Of a stretch of 64,000 bases of DNA, positions 38,230 to 47,296 are shown piece by piece. This DNA comes from an uncultured bacterium. GTDB taxonomy: Bacteria > Planctomycetota > UBA1135 > UBA2386. The translations under genes were made by a program, and so were the position numbers. The notes under the pieces are model-generated. The model was not told where the DNA came from. It worked only from the letters and a program-made list of their open reading frames with translations, and made no database searches. The first letter of the stretch is position 1; each line of letters begins with the position of its first letter. The stretch is from the NCBI GenBank assembly GCA_937906475.1, contig CALCZA010000053.1, positions 31,392 to 95,391 on the forward strand. Reading direction: 5' to 3'.

Positions 38230-39774
38230 ATGCATTGCCCTCATTCTGTCGCCGTAGCACTGCTCGTTTCGATATCGGTGCTCGCGCAGGCACCCGGTCA
38301 AAAGCCTTCAAAGGAAGCTGGTCGAGCACAACGGATCGCAACCGGCTTTCTCGGTAGCCAAGTCGGGGCAACCGAGCAAAGGAGTCAGCCAAACATCGTG
38401 TTCGTGATGGCTGACGATCTCGGCTACCGCGAACTCGGCAGCTTTGGCCAGACGAAGATCAAGACGCCACGCCTCGACCAACTGGCGAAGCAGGGCATGC
38501 GCCTGACGCGGCACTATTCGGGTTCGCCAGTTTGTGCGCCGTCGCGATGCGTATTGATGACCGGCAGGCATCCGGGCCACGCCGCCGTTCGCGACAACAA
38601 GGAGCATAAGCCGGAAGGCCAATGGGCGATGCCCGCGAGCGAACCGATGATGAGCGAGATGCTCAAGAGCATTGGCTACACGACCGGCGCCTTTGGCAAG
38701 TGGGGACTCGGCCCACCGGGAACGCACGCCGGCCCGCTACAGCGCGGCGTCGATCGCTTCTTTGGCTACAACTGCCAACGGCACGCGCACTCGTATTACC
38801 CCGACTACCTTTGGGACAACGACAAGCGCATCCCGCTCAACAACCAACCACCGGTGCCTGGGCGCGGCCAGTTGAAGAAGGGCGAGGACAAAAACGACCC
38901 GAAGAACTACGCGCGCTTCATTGGCAAGGACTACGCGCCCGATCGCATCCTGGACGCCGCGAAGCAGTTCGTCACCGACAACAAGGACAAGCCGTTCTTC
39001 CTCTACTTCCCTTCGGTTATTCCGCACCTGGCGCTGCATATTCCGGATGAAGAACTGAAGGCATACGAAGGGCAGTTCGAAGAAACGCCGTACCCCGGCG
39101 GCAAAGGCTACACGCCACACTTCAAGCCGCGCGCGGCGTATGCGGCGATGATCACGCGGCTCGACCGTTCGGTTGGAATCATCCTCGACATGCTCGATGA
39201 GTATGGCTTGGCCGACGACACGATCGTTGTGTTCACGTCCGACAACGGCGCGACGCATAGTCCAATCGGTGGCACCGACGTCGACTTCTTCGAATCGTGC
39301 GGCGAACTGCGTGGTCGCAAGGGTTCGATGTATGAAGGTGGCATCCGCGTGCCGGCAATCGTCCGCTGGCCCGGCAAGATCAAGGCCGGCAGTGTCAGCG
39401 ATCGCATCACCGGATTTGAAGACTGGATGCCGACGCTTGCCGAAATGACCGGCGCGACCGCCGACAAGCGCACCGACGGTGTCAGTTTCGCCAAGACACT
39501 GCAAGGCAAGGAGCAAGCGCCGCGCGACTTCTTGTATCGCGAGTTCGCCGGCTATGGCGGTTGGCGCGCAGTCTGGTCCGGCGACCAGAAGTTCGTGCAG
39601 AAGCAGATGCACAAGTCGCCCAAGACCGAACTCTACGACTTGCGCAAGGATCCGACCGAAGCCAACGACCTGGCAAAGAGTTCGCCGAAGGATGTGATCC
39701 GCCTGCTGCAAATCGCCGAGGCCGAACACACGCCATCCGAGATGTTCCCGTTGCGGGCTATCGACAAGCGATAG
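38230..39774 (+). CDS. secreted arylsulfatase family protein
   Basis: 514 aa with a signal peptide. Motifs present: VFVMADDLGY, PVCAPSRCVLMTGRHPGH, GKWGLG. Confidence 0.9.
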   Translation: MHCPHSVAVALLVSISVLAQAPGQKPSKEAGRAQRIATGFLGSQVGATEQRSQPNIVFVMADDLGYRELGSFGQTKIKTPRLDQLAKQGMRLTRHYSGSPVCAPSRCVLMTGRHPGHAAVRDNKEHKPEGQWAMPASEPMMSEMLKSIGYTTGAFGKWGLGPPGTHAGPLQRGVDRFFGYNCQRHAHSYYPDYLWDNDKRIPLNNQPPVPGRGQLKKGEDKNDPKNYARFIGKDYAPDRILDAAKQFVTDNKDKPFFLYFPSVIPHLALHIPDEELKAYEGQFEETPYPGGKGYTPHFKPRAAYAAMITRLDRSVGIILDMLDEYGLADDTIVVFTSDNGATHSPIGGTDVDFFESCGELRGRKGSMYEGGIRVPAIVRWPGKIKAGSVSDRITGFEDWMPTLAEMTGATADKRTDGVSFAKTLQGKEQAPRDFLYREFAGYGGWRAVWSGDQKFVQKQMHKSPKTELYDLRKDPTEANDLAKSSPKDVIRLLQIAEAEHTPSEMFPLRAIDKR

Positions 39775-39846
39775 TCCCCGACATCGATCCATCCGCAATC
39801 GGACCACTTGGAATCGGCGAGTTCTCTGCCACCGATCGGCGGCATG

Positions 39847-39870
39847 CGGCATGCAGCCGTATGCATGCCG
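39847..39870 (+). terminator. hairpin downstream of the sulfatase gene
   Basis: CGGCATGCA-GCCGTA-TGCATGCCG (9-bp perfect stem), about 70 nt after the stop. There is no U-tract. Confidence 0.4.
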
Positions 39871-39992
39871 ATGACTGACGGCCGACACAGCCAAGTGCCA
39901 ACGCACGCGACGTCACTTCAGGGGTGCGCGTGACCTGATGCGCGCCACAAGATCGAGCCAGGCACGAGGCGCGGCAATCGGTTAACAACCTG

Positions 39993-40271
39993 ATGGATGA
40001 CTTGAAGGTCGAGATCAGGGCGTTGCACAAATCGTTCGATGTGCGGATCAAAGTTGTGCACGCGCTAGTGAAAAACGCATGGCTATCCGCAGCAAGCCTC
40101 GTGCTGGCGGTGCGATGTGGCGAGCACGCGCCGCAGTTCCAGATGCTCAAAATGCGCAGCGACCAGACGGCGACAGTGTGCGTTGCCTGGGATCAGGACG
40201 ATCCACCGGCTAGCAAGGCGGCCGTGTGCACCTATAGTCGCGCGCAACCAGCAAGTGGCCAGCACCTATGA
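39993..40271 (+). CDS. small hypothetical protein translationally coupled to DUF2237
   Basis: 92 aa with high GC3. Its TGA overlaps the ATG of the DUF2237 gene (ATGA at 40268-40271). Confidence 0.5.
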   Translation: MDDLKVEIRALHKSFDVRIKVVHALVKNAWLSAASLVLAVRCGEHAPQFQMLKMRSDQTATVCVAWDQDDPPASKAAVCTYSRAQPASGQHL

Positions 40272-40648
40272 ATCCGACGAAGAGCCCCGCCAAGAACGTT
40301 CTCGGTACTGAACTGAAGACCTGCAGCATGAAGCCATTGACCGGCTTCTTCCGCGATGGTTGCTGCAACACGTCGAGCGAAGACCCCGGCATACACACCG
40401 TCTGCACGGAGATGACTGAGGACTTCCTCTACTTCTCCAAGGAAGCCGGCAACGACCTGTCGACCTCGCGCCCCGAGTTTGGCTTCACCGGCCTGAAAGC
40501 TGGTGATCGCTGGTGCTTGTGCGCGGCGCGCTGGGCGGAAGCCGCCGAGGCCGGCAAGGCACCGCGGGTTGTGTTGGAGTCGACGCACGAACGAACCCTC
40601 GACGTCGTGCCGCTCGGTGCGCTCCAGCAACACGCGATTCCCGGCTAG
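40268..40648 (+). CDS. DUF2237 family protein
   Basis: 126 aa. It shows the pattern NVLGTELK.CS..PLTGFFRDGCCNT..ED.G.HTVC..MT..FL.FS...GNDLSTSRPEFGF.GLK.GDRWCLCA.RW.EA. Confidence 0.8.
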   Translation: MNPTKSPAKNVLGTELKTCSMKPLTGFFRDGCCNTSSEDPGIHTVCTEMTEDFLYFSKEAGNDLSTSRPEFGFTGLKAGDRWCLCAARWAEAAEAGKAPRVVLESTHERTLDVVPLGALQQHAIPG

Positions 40649-40813
40649 CCCCGCGCAATACGAGGCTACGTCAGCGCAATTCTACTGATGGGCCAGGCAT
40701 CGTTTCGGGCGTGAATATGCGCCTGCTCCTGTTGCCAACACTGATGACTGCACTTGTCAGCACCGCGCGACTCATTGCCGAAGGATGCGGCTGGATCAGT
40801 CTGCCAGGGGTCG

Positions 40814-41608
40814 CTAGTGGCTTTCGTCGTGCACCAATTCGCAGGCCTCATAGACCGGGCCTTCGATGCAGGTCTTCGAGTAAGGCCACCCTTTGAAGCG
40901 CTCGCCCTTCACCTTGACGGTGCAACCGTTGCAGACGCCGTAGCCACAAGCCATGTAGGACTCAAGGCTGAGGAAGCAGCGCAGGCCGCGCTTCTCGCAG
41001 AGATCGGCAACGGCCAACATCATTGGGTCGGGACCACAGCAGAACACGGTCTCGCCTTCTTTGACGGCACCGCTGACCAGTAACTCATCGAGCAAGCCAG
41101 TGACCATGCCGTGGAAACCGTGGCTGCCGTCATCGGTCGACGGGAACACCGTCGAGATGTCTTGGAAGTCTTCCATGCCGGACAGCGCATCACGATTGCG
41201 ACCACCGAACAGCAAGCGCATCTTGCGACCGGCGGCAGCTTCACTGCGCGCCAACAACAAGAACGGTGCGAGGCCAACGCCACCGGCAATGCAGATCGGG
41301 TTGTCGACGTCGGTCGGGAACGTGCGGCCAAGCGGCCCCGTCACAACCAACTTTTCGCCGACTTTAAGATCACAGATCGCGCGCGTGCCATCCCCGATCG
41401 GTTTGACCAGGAAGCTGCCCCACGAACCATCACCGCCGCGGTCGTAGAGAGAGAACGGCCGGGGCAACAGCACCGGCCAACGCTTCTCCGTACGTAGCAT
41501 GTAGAACTGACCTGGGCCAGTTTCGGGGATCGGTCCGTCAACCTCGACGGCATAGGCACCGCCACCAAGGTCGCGAAGCTTCTGCATTACGTGCACGCGT
41601 GACTGCAT
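40814..41608 (-). CDS. PyrK-like FAD/[2Fe-2S] electron-transfer subunit (ferredoxin-NADP reductase fold)
   Basis: 264 aa. It has the RPFS FAD motif, GGVGLAPF, and the C-terminal cluster motif MACGYGVCNGCTV. No pyrD or gltD partner is adjacent. Confidence 0.75.
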   Translation of the reverse strand: MQSRVHVMQKLRDLGGGAYAVEVDGPIPETGPGQFYMLRTEKRWPVLLPRPFSLYDRGGDGSWGSFLVKPIGDGTRAICDLKVGEKLVVTGPLGRTFPTDVDNPICIAGGVGLAPFLLLARSEAAAGRKMRLLFGGRNRDALSGMEDFQDISTVFPSTDDGSHGFHGMVTGLLDELLVSGAVKEGETVFCCGPDPMMLAVADLCEKRGLRCFLSLESYMACGYGVCNGCTVKVKGERFKGWPYSKTCIEGPVYEACELVHDESH

Positions 41609-41682
41609 ATCGGGCCATCAGCATAGCCCCGAAGCAGCCACGATCCCACGTTGAGGACGCGCGGCCCAGATTCGTAATCGAC

Positions 41683-42702
41683 CTAAACCGGCTCGGAAGT
41701 GCGCTGCACGGTTTCAATTAGCGAATCCACCTGATCCACCGTGAGTTCCTGCTCCTGCACCAGCGCCTTGGTCTCGGTGCGTTCGACCAGACTGCGCAGC
41801 GTGATCATCGGCACTTCAGGCGGCGCGCCGATGCGGATCGGCAGCACCGTGACGCCAACGCCACGCCCCACATAGAGACGACTTTCGCCCTCGATGAACC
41901 AACCCTGCTCATAGCCGAGCTTGCTGTGATGCAGAGGCGCCTTGCCGCCAATGCGAATCTGGCCGCCGTGCGTGTGCCCCGACAACTGCAGGTCGACGTC
42001 GGCATCCACAGCTTCGCAGAAGAAGTCCGGGTGATGACTGAGCAAGATCGAAGTTTCGCCTTCGCGACGACCGTCAAGCGCGGCATCGAGGTCGGGGTCG
42101 CCCTCGGTCAAGTCATCGACTCCGCAAAGCCACAACGATTGACCGCCGTGCTCGATGCGCACGCCTCGATTCATCAACACCTGCACACCGTTGTCTTCTA
42201 GGAAGCCCTGCCACAGCGAAATATCAGGCCCGAAGAAGTGATCGTGGTTGCCGGGCACGGCGAACATGCCGTAGCGCGGCTTCAACACAGCCAGGGCGCG
42301 CCGGAACAACAGAATCTCGCGATCGCGAGTATTGATCATGTCGCCGCCGAACAGCACTAGGTCTGGCTCTTGCGCTTGCACGCGTAGGCATATCTCGGTC
42401 AGGTCCGCCTCATCAAGGAAGCTGCCCGCATGAACATCAGACACGAACGCGATGCGCAGGCCACTCAGCGACTCGTTCGCGGGACGCAGCGGCATCGTCA
42501 GGTCGGGCATCTCCAAGCGGTTGCGAATGCGACGATGCAGCCAGTGCGTCAGAGGCATCTTGTCGAGCCAGCGATTAATCGCGGCCAGACCCAGCGCTAG
42601 TGATCGACGGGAGCCAGTGCGCTTACCAGAGAGCGCGCCAGTGGGACGCGGTGCTTTTCTTCGCTCACGAGATTTTGTCTCGATCAAGTCGTCAATCCCC
42701 AA
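41683..42702 (-). CDS. metallophosphoesterase (calcineurin-like)
   Basis: 339 aa. Motifs present: VSDVHAG, GGDMIN, GNHDHF, LLSHHP, SGHTHGGQ. Confidence 0.85.
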   Translation of the reverse strand: MGIDDLIETKSRERRKAPRPTGALSGKRTGSRRSLALGLAAINRWLDKMPLTHWLHRRIRNRLEMPDLTMPLRPANESLSGLRIAFVSDVHAGSFLDEADLTEICLRVQAQEPDLVLFGGDMINTRDREILLFRRALAVLKPRYGMFAVPGNHDHFFGPDISLWQGFLEDNGVQVLMNRGVRIEHGGQSLWLCGVDDLTEGDPDLDAALDGRREGETSILLSHHPDFFCEAVDADVDLQLSGHTHGGQIRIGGKAPLHHSKLGYEQGWFIEGESRLYVGRGVGVTVLPIRIGAPPEVPMITLRSLVERTETKALVQEQELTVDQVDSLIETVQRTSEPV

Positions 42703-42871
42703 TCACCGCCATGGCCGGCTCTCTCAGCTTGTTGACAGATCATCTGACGCTTGCCCGCCGTAACAGTCGTGCGTGACGCCCCACCATCCTGGGATGGCAT
42801 CACGTTCCTCGCGAAGACGCCGGTCTCAGGCGCCTGCAAGACCAGCGACAGTGCTCGCACTAGGAGGCCGT

Positions 42872-43867
42872 TCATTTACCGCTCTTTGCCTTGATGGCTT
42901 CCGCCCGCAAGCGAGCAGTCGCATCGTTGAGTTCTTTACGACGCGCCGCGTCGGCAGCAGTACCTGCATCCTTGTGGTCGCTATCACCAAGTTGCAGGTA
43001 GGCCTGAGCGACGTGCTGATATAGCCAAGGCGGGATCTGCTGCTGTTGCAGCTGGAAGCGCGCCCAGATGCTGCGCAGAGACTCCTGATCACCGCTCTTG
43101 ATCGCCGCTTCTGCCACGAGCACAAGGTCTTCGGCCAACAAGTGGCTTTGTTCGAGGTCCTGTGCTTGTTGCGCGTACTTCCGCGACTTGGCGAAGTCGG
43201 CGTTGCGGGACGCGTAATACGACAGCGCCGCCATGACACTGAGCCTCTCGGCCGCATTCATGCGGGGACTGTCTTGCAGGTAGGTCTCAAGGATGGCGAC
43301 TGCACCGGCGAAGTCGCGATTCTCGGCAGCCTGCATGGCGCGGTTCACCGGCTCGCTCAGATGGCGAACGGCGGGTCCCTTCGGCTGCGGCTCAACCACC
43401 GCCGGGTTGCCATCGCTCGGATCTGTATTGGTCGGCGCCGACAACATCGAGACGACAATCATCGCCACCACGTTCACTGCCAGCAGAACACGCAGCACCC
43501 GTTCGCGGTTGAAGCGTGAAGCTGGCTTTGCGGCTACTTGCGCCGTCGCGGCTTCCTGCAAATGCGTATTCGCATCAGCGAGCGCCTTCTCACCTTCAGC
43601 CACCGCCTGCTCGGCGTGGCGCATAGCGTCGGCTTCGAGATGGTCCGCAGACTTCGCAAGCGGCACCGCTGATCCAGCCATCAAGCCGCTGAGTTTATTC
43701 TCTTCCGCCTGCGCATCAGGTTGCACCTGTGCGTCGGTCGGTTGAGCACCCAGGTTCTCAGTCGTTACGACCTCGTCCTCAGGTTCGGTAATGTCGTCGG
43801 CCTTATCGTCAGTCACGGCTAGCTCCAGAGTTCGGTCGGTTCCGCCAAAAAGCGAGGTCCGGCCCAC
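42872..43867 (-). CDS. single-pass membrane protein with helical (TPR-like) C-domain
   Basis: 331 aa. It has an acidic N-terminus, a central TM (VLRVLLAVNVVAMIVVSML), and a helical-repeat-like C-terminal half. Confidence 0.6.
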   Translation of the reverse strand: MGRTSLFGGTDRTLELAVTDDKADDITEPEDEVVTTENLGAQPTDAQVQPDAQAEENKLSGLMAGSAVPLAKSADHLEADAMRHAEQAVAEGEKALADANTHLQEAATAQVAAKPASRFNRERVLRVLLAVNVVAMIVVSMLSAPTNTDPSDGNPAVVEPQPKGPAVRHLSEPVNRAMQAAENRDFAGAVAILETYLQDSPRMNAAERLSVMAALSYYASRNADFAKSRKYAQQAQDLEQSHLLAEDLVLVAEAAIKSGDQESLRSIWARFQLQQQQIPPWLYQHVAQAYLQLGDSDHKDAGTAADAARRKELNDATARLRAEAIKAKSGK

Positions 43868-44101
43868 TCTCTCATCGGCATGTCACGGGTCGTTTCCCAA
43901 ACCGACGTGATCGATTCGAGGCTCTCGGGCACGCCTAGCAGGAAATTGCTGCAGCTCGGGGCGTGGCGTTTATCGACAGCGAAGCCAACCCATGTTGGGC
44001 CGCCGCACAATCGATCACCGTGTGGACTTCGAAACCGCGCCGCCAGAGCAGCATGGTCAGACGTTCACGGATGCGGCGCTCGTCATCGACGAGCGATCAT
44101 T

Positions 44102-44731
44102 TCATGCCCGAGCTAGTTCCGCTCGAGGAAGAGAAATCGTGAACCGCGTGCCACCCGAAAGCGGTACGCAGCGAACTTCTCCGCGGCATGCAGCAACCGT
44201 CGTGGCTACAGCGTGCAGGCCGAGACCCGTGCTACCGGAGCGCGAGCAACCGACTTCGAAGATGCGTTCGACATCGCCAGGGTCGAGACTACGGCCATTG
44301 TCTTCGATATGAATGTCGACGCGACTGCCATCGTGTTGCGCTGCAATGCGAATCTTGGTCGCGCCGCCATTGCGGGCGTTCTTACAGAGATTCTCAATCG
44401 CACGCTCGAGCAGGAAGACGTTGCCCATAACCGAGAAGGCGGGCGGAGCGCAGACGACTTCGACTCGTTGGGATTCACCGATCTTGGTTAGCAATTCCTC
44501 GACATCGACTCGAGTTTGCGTGCCTTGTTGATCACTAGCCATCGCCAGCCAGCCATCAATCAGGCTAGTCATGCAGTCGAGATCCTTGAGCACACCATCG
44601 AGCACCACCGCGCGTGAATCGCGCCCGTCGACCATGTCGCGCGCAAGCATCGCGCCGGTCAGTGCCGACGCGAGTGGGTTGCGCAGTTCATGGCCGAGAA
44701 GGCCGGGGAGATCCTGCATGGCAGGACTCAT
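44102..44731 (-). CDS. minimal histidine kinase (DHp plus HATPase_c only)
   Basis: It has the H-box LGHELRNPL and the N/G boxes (CKNARNGG, DNGRSLD, GSTGLGL). The start ATG overlaps the stop of the upstream response regulator (ATGA at 44728-44731). There is no TM segment or sensor domain. Confidence 0.75.
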   Translation of the reverse strand: MSPAMQDLPGLLGHELRNPLASALTGAMLARDMVDGRDSRAVVLDGVLKDLDCMTSLIDGWLAMASDQQGTQTRVDVEELLTKIGESQRVEVVCAPPAFSVMGNVFLLERAIENLCKNARNGGATKIRIAAQHDGSRVDIHIEDNGRSLDPGDVERIFEVGCSRSGSTGLGLHAVATTVAACRGEVRCVPLSGGTRFTISLPRAELARA

Positions 44732-46149
44732 GCCAACACCTTGTTCCGCATCGGGCGCTTGCCCAGTGCGTATACGCGGATCTTGTTGTAGAGGGTCGTG
44801 CGGTTGATGCCGAGGATCGCCGCAGCGCGACTGATGTTCCAATCGGTGTCTTCGAGCACGCGGGACACGAGTTGCGACTCGAGCGCGCGGATCGAGTGAT
44901 CACGGCCATCAAGCACCAACGACGTGCGGTCGATCTCGTCGCTACCATCGGGCATTCCGCCCGTGAACTTCGGCAGGTGCACCTCGTCGATCATGCCGTT
45001 CGGGCAGATGATGCAGGCGTGTTCGATGGCGTTGCGCAGTTCGCGCACGTTGCCAGGCCAACTGTATTCGGTCAGCGTCTCCATCGCCTCTTCCGTGAAA
45101 CCTGACAGGGCCTTGCCCATCTGGCGGCCAATCTGGTCGAGGAAGAAGTGGGACAGGAGCGGCACGTCAGCGTGGCGCTCGCGCAGTGGCGGCACGTTCA
45201 CAGCCATGACATTGAGGCGGTGGAACAGATCTTCGCGGAACGTGCCGGCCTGAACCATCTGGCGCAGGTCACGGTTGGTGCTAGTGATGATGCGCACGTC
45301 AACGGGGATGTCTTGCACACCACCGACGCGGCGGAAGGTGCGTTCTTGTAGCACACGCAGCAGTTTGGCTTGCAGCGTCTGCTGCATCTCACCGATCTCG
45401 TCGAGGAAGAGCGTGCCGCCGCCCGCAACTACTAACAAGCCGTCCTTACCTTCGCGAGAAGCACCATTAAAGGCTCCCGGCTCGTAACCAAACAGTTCCG
45501 CTTCGAGCAGTGCTTCGGTCAGCGCCGCACAGTTGACTGCGACGAACGGGCCGTGGCGGCGTGCGCTGCGTTCATGCACACAGCGAGCGACGAGTTCTTT
45601 ACCCGTGCCACTTTGCCCGGTGATCAACACCGTCGTGTCCGGCGCGTGGGCAACTTGATCGATGCGGGTCTGCACTTCGCGGACGCTCGGCGAAAGCCCG
45701 ACCAACTCGGTGGCGGTCAATTCGCGGACGCGGCCCTGCAACCAGCTGAGTTCGTTCTTCAGTTGACGATTCTCTAGCACGCGGCGAACCGTGGCCAAGA
45801 TGCGATCACCGGAGAATGGCTTCTCGATGACATCGGTCGCACCCTTGCGCATCGACTCAACGGTATTTGCAACGGTGCCGTAGCCCGTCAGGATCAAGAT
45901 GTCCGGCGAGGGCGAGCCTTGGCGGAACTCACTGATCATCGACAGGCCGTCCGCACCCGACAGATTCAGGTCGAGGAACACAATGTCGAAGCAGCGGCCG
46001 CTAACGCGGTGCAGGCCTTCGTCTACTGTTCCTGCCGTCTCGACGTGAAGACCTTCGTGCTCGAGGAGAGTTCTAAGCCCCTCACGCACACTAGCTTCGT
46101 CATCAACGATAAGAACGCGGGGGAGTCCGGGGAAACTGAGGTTCTTCAT
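44728..46149 (-). CDS. sigma-54-dependent response regulator (NtrC family: REC, AAA+, Fis-type HTH)
   Basis: Start placed at MKNLSFPGLPRVLIVDDE. It has the REC Asp (VFLDLNL), Walker A GQSGTGKE, and C-terminal AAAILGINRTTLYNKI. The sigma-54 contact loop reads GAFNGA rather than GAFTGA. Confidence 0.85.
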   Translation of the reverse strand: MKNLSFPGLPRVLIVDDEASVREGLRTLLEHEGLHVETAGTVDEGLHRVSGRCFDIVFLDLNLSGADGLSMISEFRQGSPSPDILILTGYGTVANTVESMRKGATDVIEKPFSGDRILATVRRVLENRQLKNELSWLQGRVRELTATELVGLSPSVREVQTRIDQVAHAPDTTVLITGQSGTGKELVARCVHERSARRHGPFVAVNCAALTEALLEAELFGYEPGAFNGASREGKDGLLVVAGGGTLFLDEIGEMQQTLQAKLLRVLQERTFRRVGGVQDIPVDVRIITSTNRDLRQMVQAGTFREDLFHRLNVMAVNVPPLRERHADVPLLSHFFLDQIGRQMGKALSGFTEEAMETLTEYSWPGNVRELRNAIEHACIICPNGMIDEVHLPKFTGGMPDGSDEIDRTSLVLDGRDHSIRALESQLVSRVLEDTDWNISRAAAILGINRTTLYNKIRVYALGKRPMRNKVLA

Positions 46150-46180
46150 TTGCCGACCTGTGTCCTGATTTCCGGCAAGC

Positions 46181-46189
46181 GGGGGGGGG
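46181..46189. repeat. G9/C9 homopolymer tract
   Basis: Nine consecutive G residues on the plus strand, 32-40 nt upstream of the proposed start (46149) of the minus-strand NtrC-like gene. Confidence 0.95.
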
Positions 46190-46500
46190 AAGTGCCTGCC
46201 GGGCGGTCCTGGTGACCTTGCCATGGAGCGTTTCGGCACAAACAGGCGTTGACCTTTTGGTCACTTCCTCAAAAACGTGGGGAATTGCTCCTGTTTTGGG
46301 ATCTCTTCCCCAAGAAATGGACAGTTCCTCTAGGTCATGAGGCCGAAGTCAACGCGCTCAAGCAGGGCAAACAAAGTGCTCGGTCAAACGCACCGTGGCA
46401 AGCGAGCGCTGCGTGGCTATGTGCATGCCGCCGGGCGCTCCACGAGCAACCTGCTCAAGAGCGTCTAGGTTGAATCACTGTCGCTCGCACCGATCGCCAA

Positions 46501-47115
46501 TCACGTTCGGTGGCCGACGAGCCACAGCCAGAGCAGCAAGAACACGATCGAAAACTTCTGCGCAGTCGGCACGACTGGCGTCAACTCACCACCGAGTTGC
46601 ACGATCGAGTAGCTAACGATGCTGGTGACCGCGGAGACGCCGAGTCCTACCAAAGCGATCCGCCGCAACCGCGTGCAGTCGGCACGCCGCCAGTCTTCGA
46701 GCATGACCATCGCCGTTGGTACCAAGCCAACGCCACCTGCCGAAAGTGCCAAAGCTTCGTGTGGCATGTCCAAGACCATCGTTTGCTCGATGCAAATGCC
46801 AAGCGTCAACATGATCGCTAGCACCGAGGCCACTCGTGCAATCGTGCGGCGGTGCCCCACTGCCGCAACGTTCCACCACAGGCGCAGCAGGCCACAGAAA
46901 ATCATCGCGACTACGCTGACCGTCATAGCGATTGAGCCAAGCAAGTTCGAACGGCCGTCCGGTGTCTCGGCAGCGAGCAGATCGCACAGGAAATTGCGCC
47001 ACCAGTCGTGGCCCTGGCTATCAGCGTCGAACTGCGTCCAACCCGGATACGTCGACATCGCTGTGATCCACAGCACCAAAAAGAGACCAACCGTTGCCCG
47101 CCGCATAGCCCACAT
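46501..47115 (-). CDS. integral membrane protein, unknown family
   Basis: 204 aa with about 6 hydrophobic segments. It is divergent from the haloperoxidase-like gene. Confidence 0.6.
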   Translation of the reverse strand: MWAMRRATVGLFLVLWITAMSTYPGWTQFDADSQGHDWWRNFLCDLLAAETPDGRSNLLGSIAMTVSVVAMIFCGLLRLWWNVAAVGHRRTIARVASVLAIMLTLGICIEQTMVLDMPHEALALSAGGVGLVPTAMVMLEDWRRADCTRLRRIALVGLGVSAVTSIVSYSIVQLGGELTPVVPTAQKFSIVFLLLWLWLVGHRT

Positions 47116-47296
47116 CCTACCGACGTCATCGAGGCTTCATCTATCACGTGGGCAATGCTCCTGATTCAGTCGCATTCGGGGACGAACTACACTGCGCACC
47201 GAAAGTTGCCGTGCGATAGCGCCGACATTTAGATGAGTAAGGGAATCCGCACAGCACCGCGATATCCCAAGTTTGGTAACCTACTGCTGACCTGCA

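Noticed and set aside
46175-46196. Sigma-54 promoter look-alike on the minus strand (GGCAC ... TTGC) flanking the C9 tract upstream of the NtrC-like gene.
   Set aside because: The spacing between GGCAC and TTGC is 13 nt, whereas the consensus TGGCAC-N5-TTGC needs 5 nt. No plausible tract-length change would fix this.
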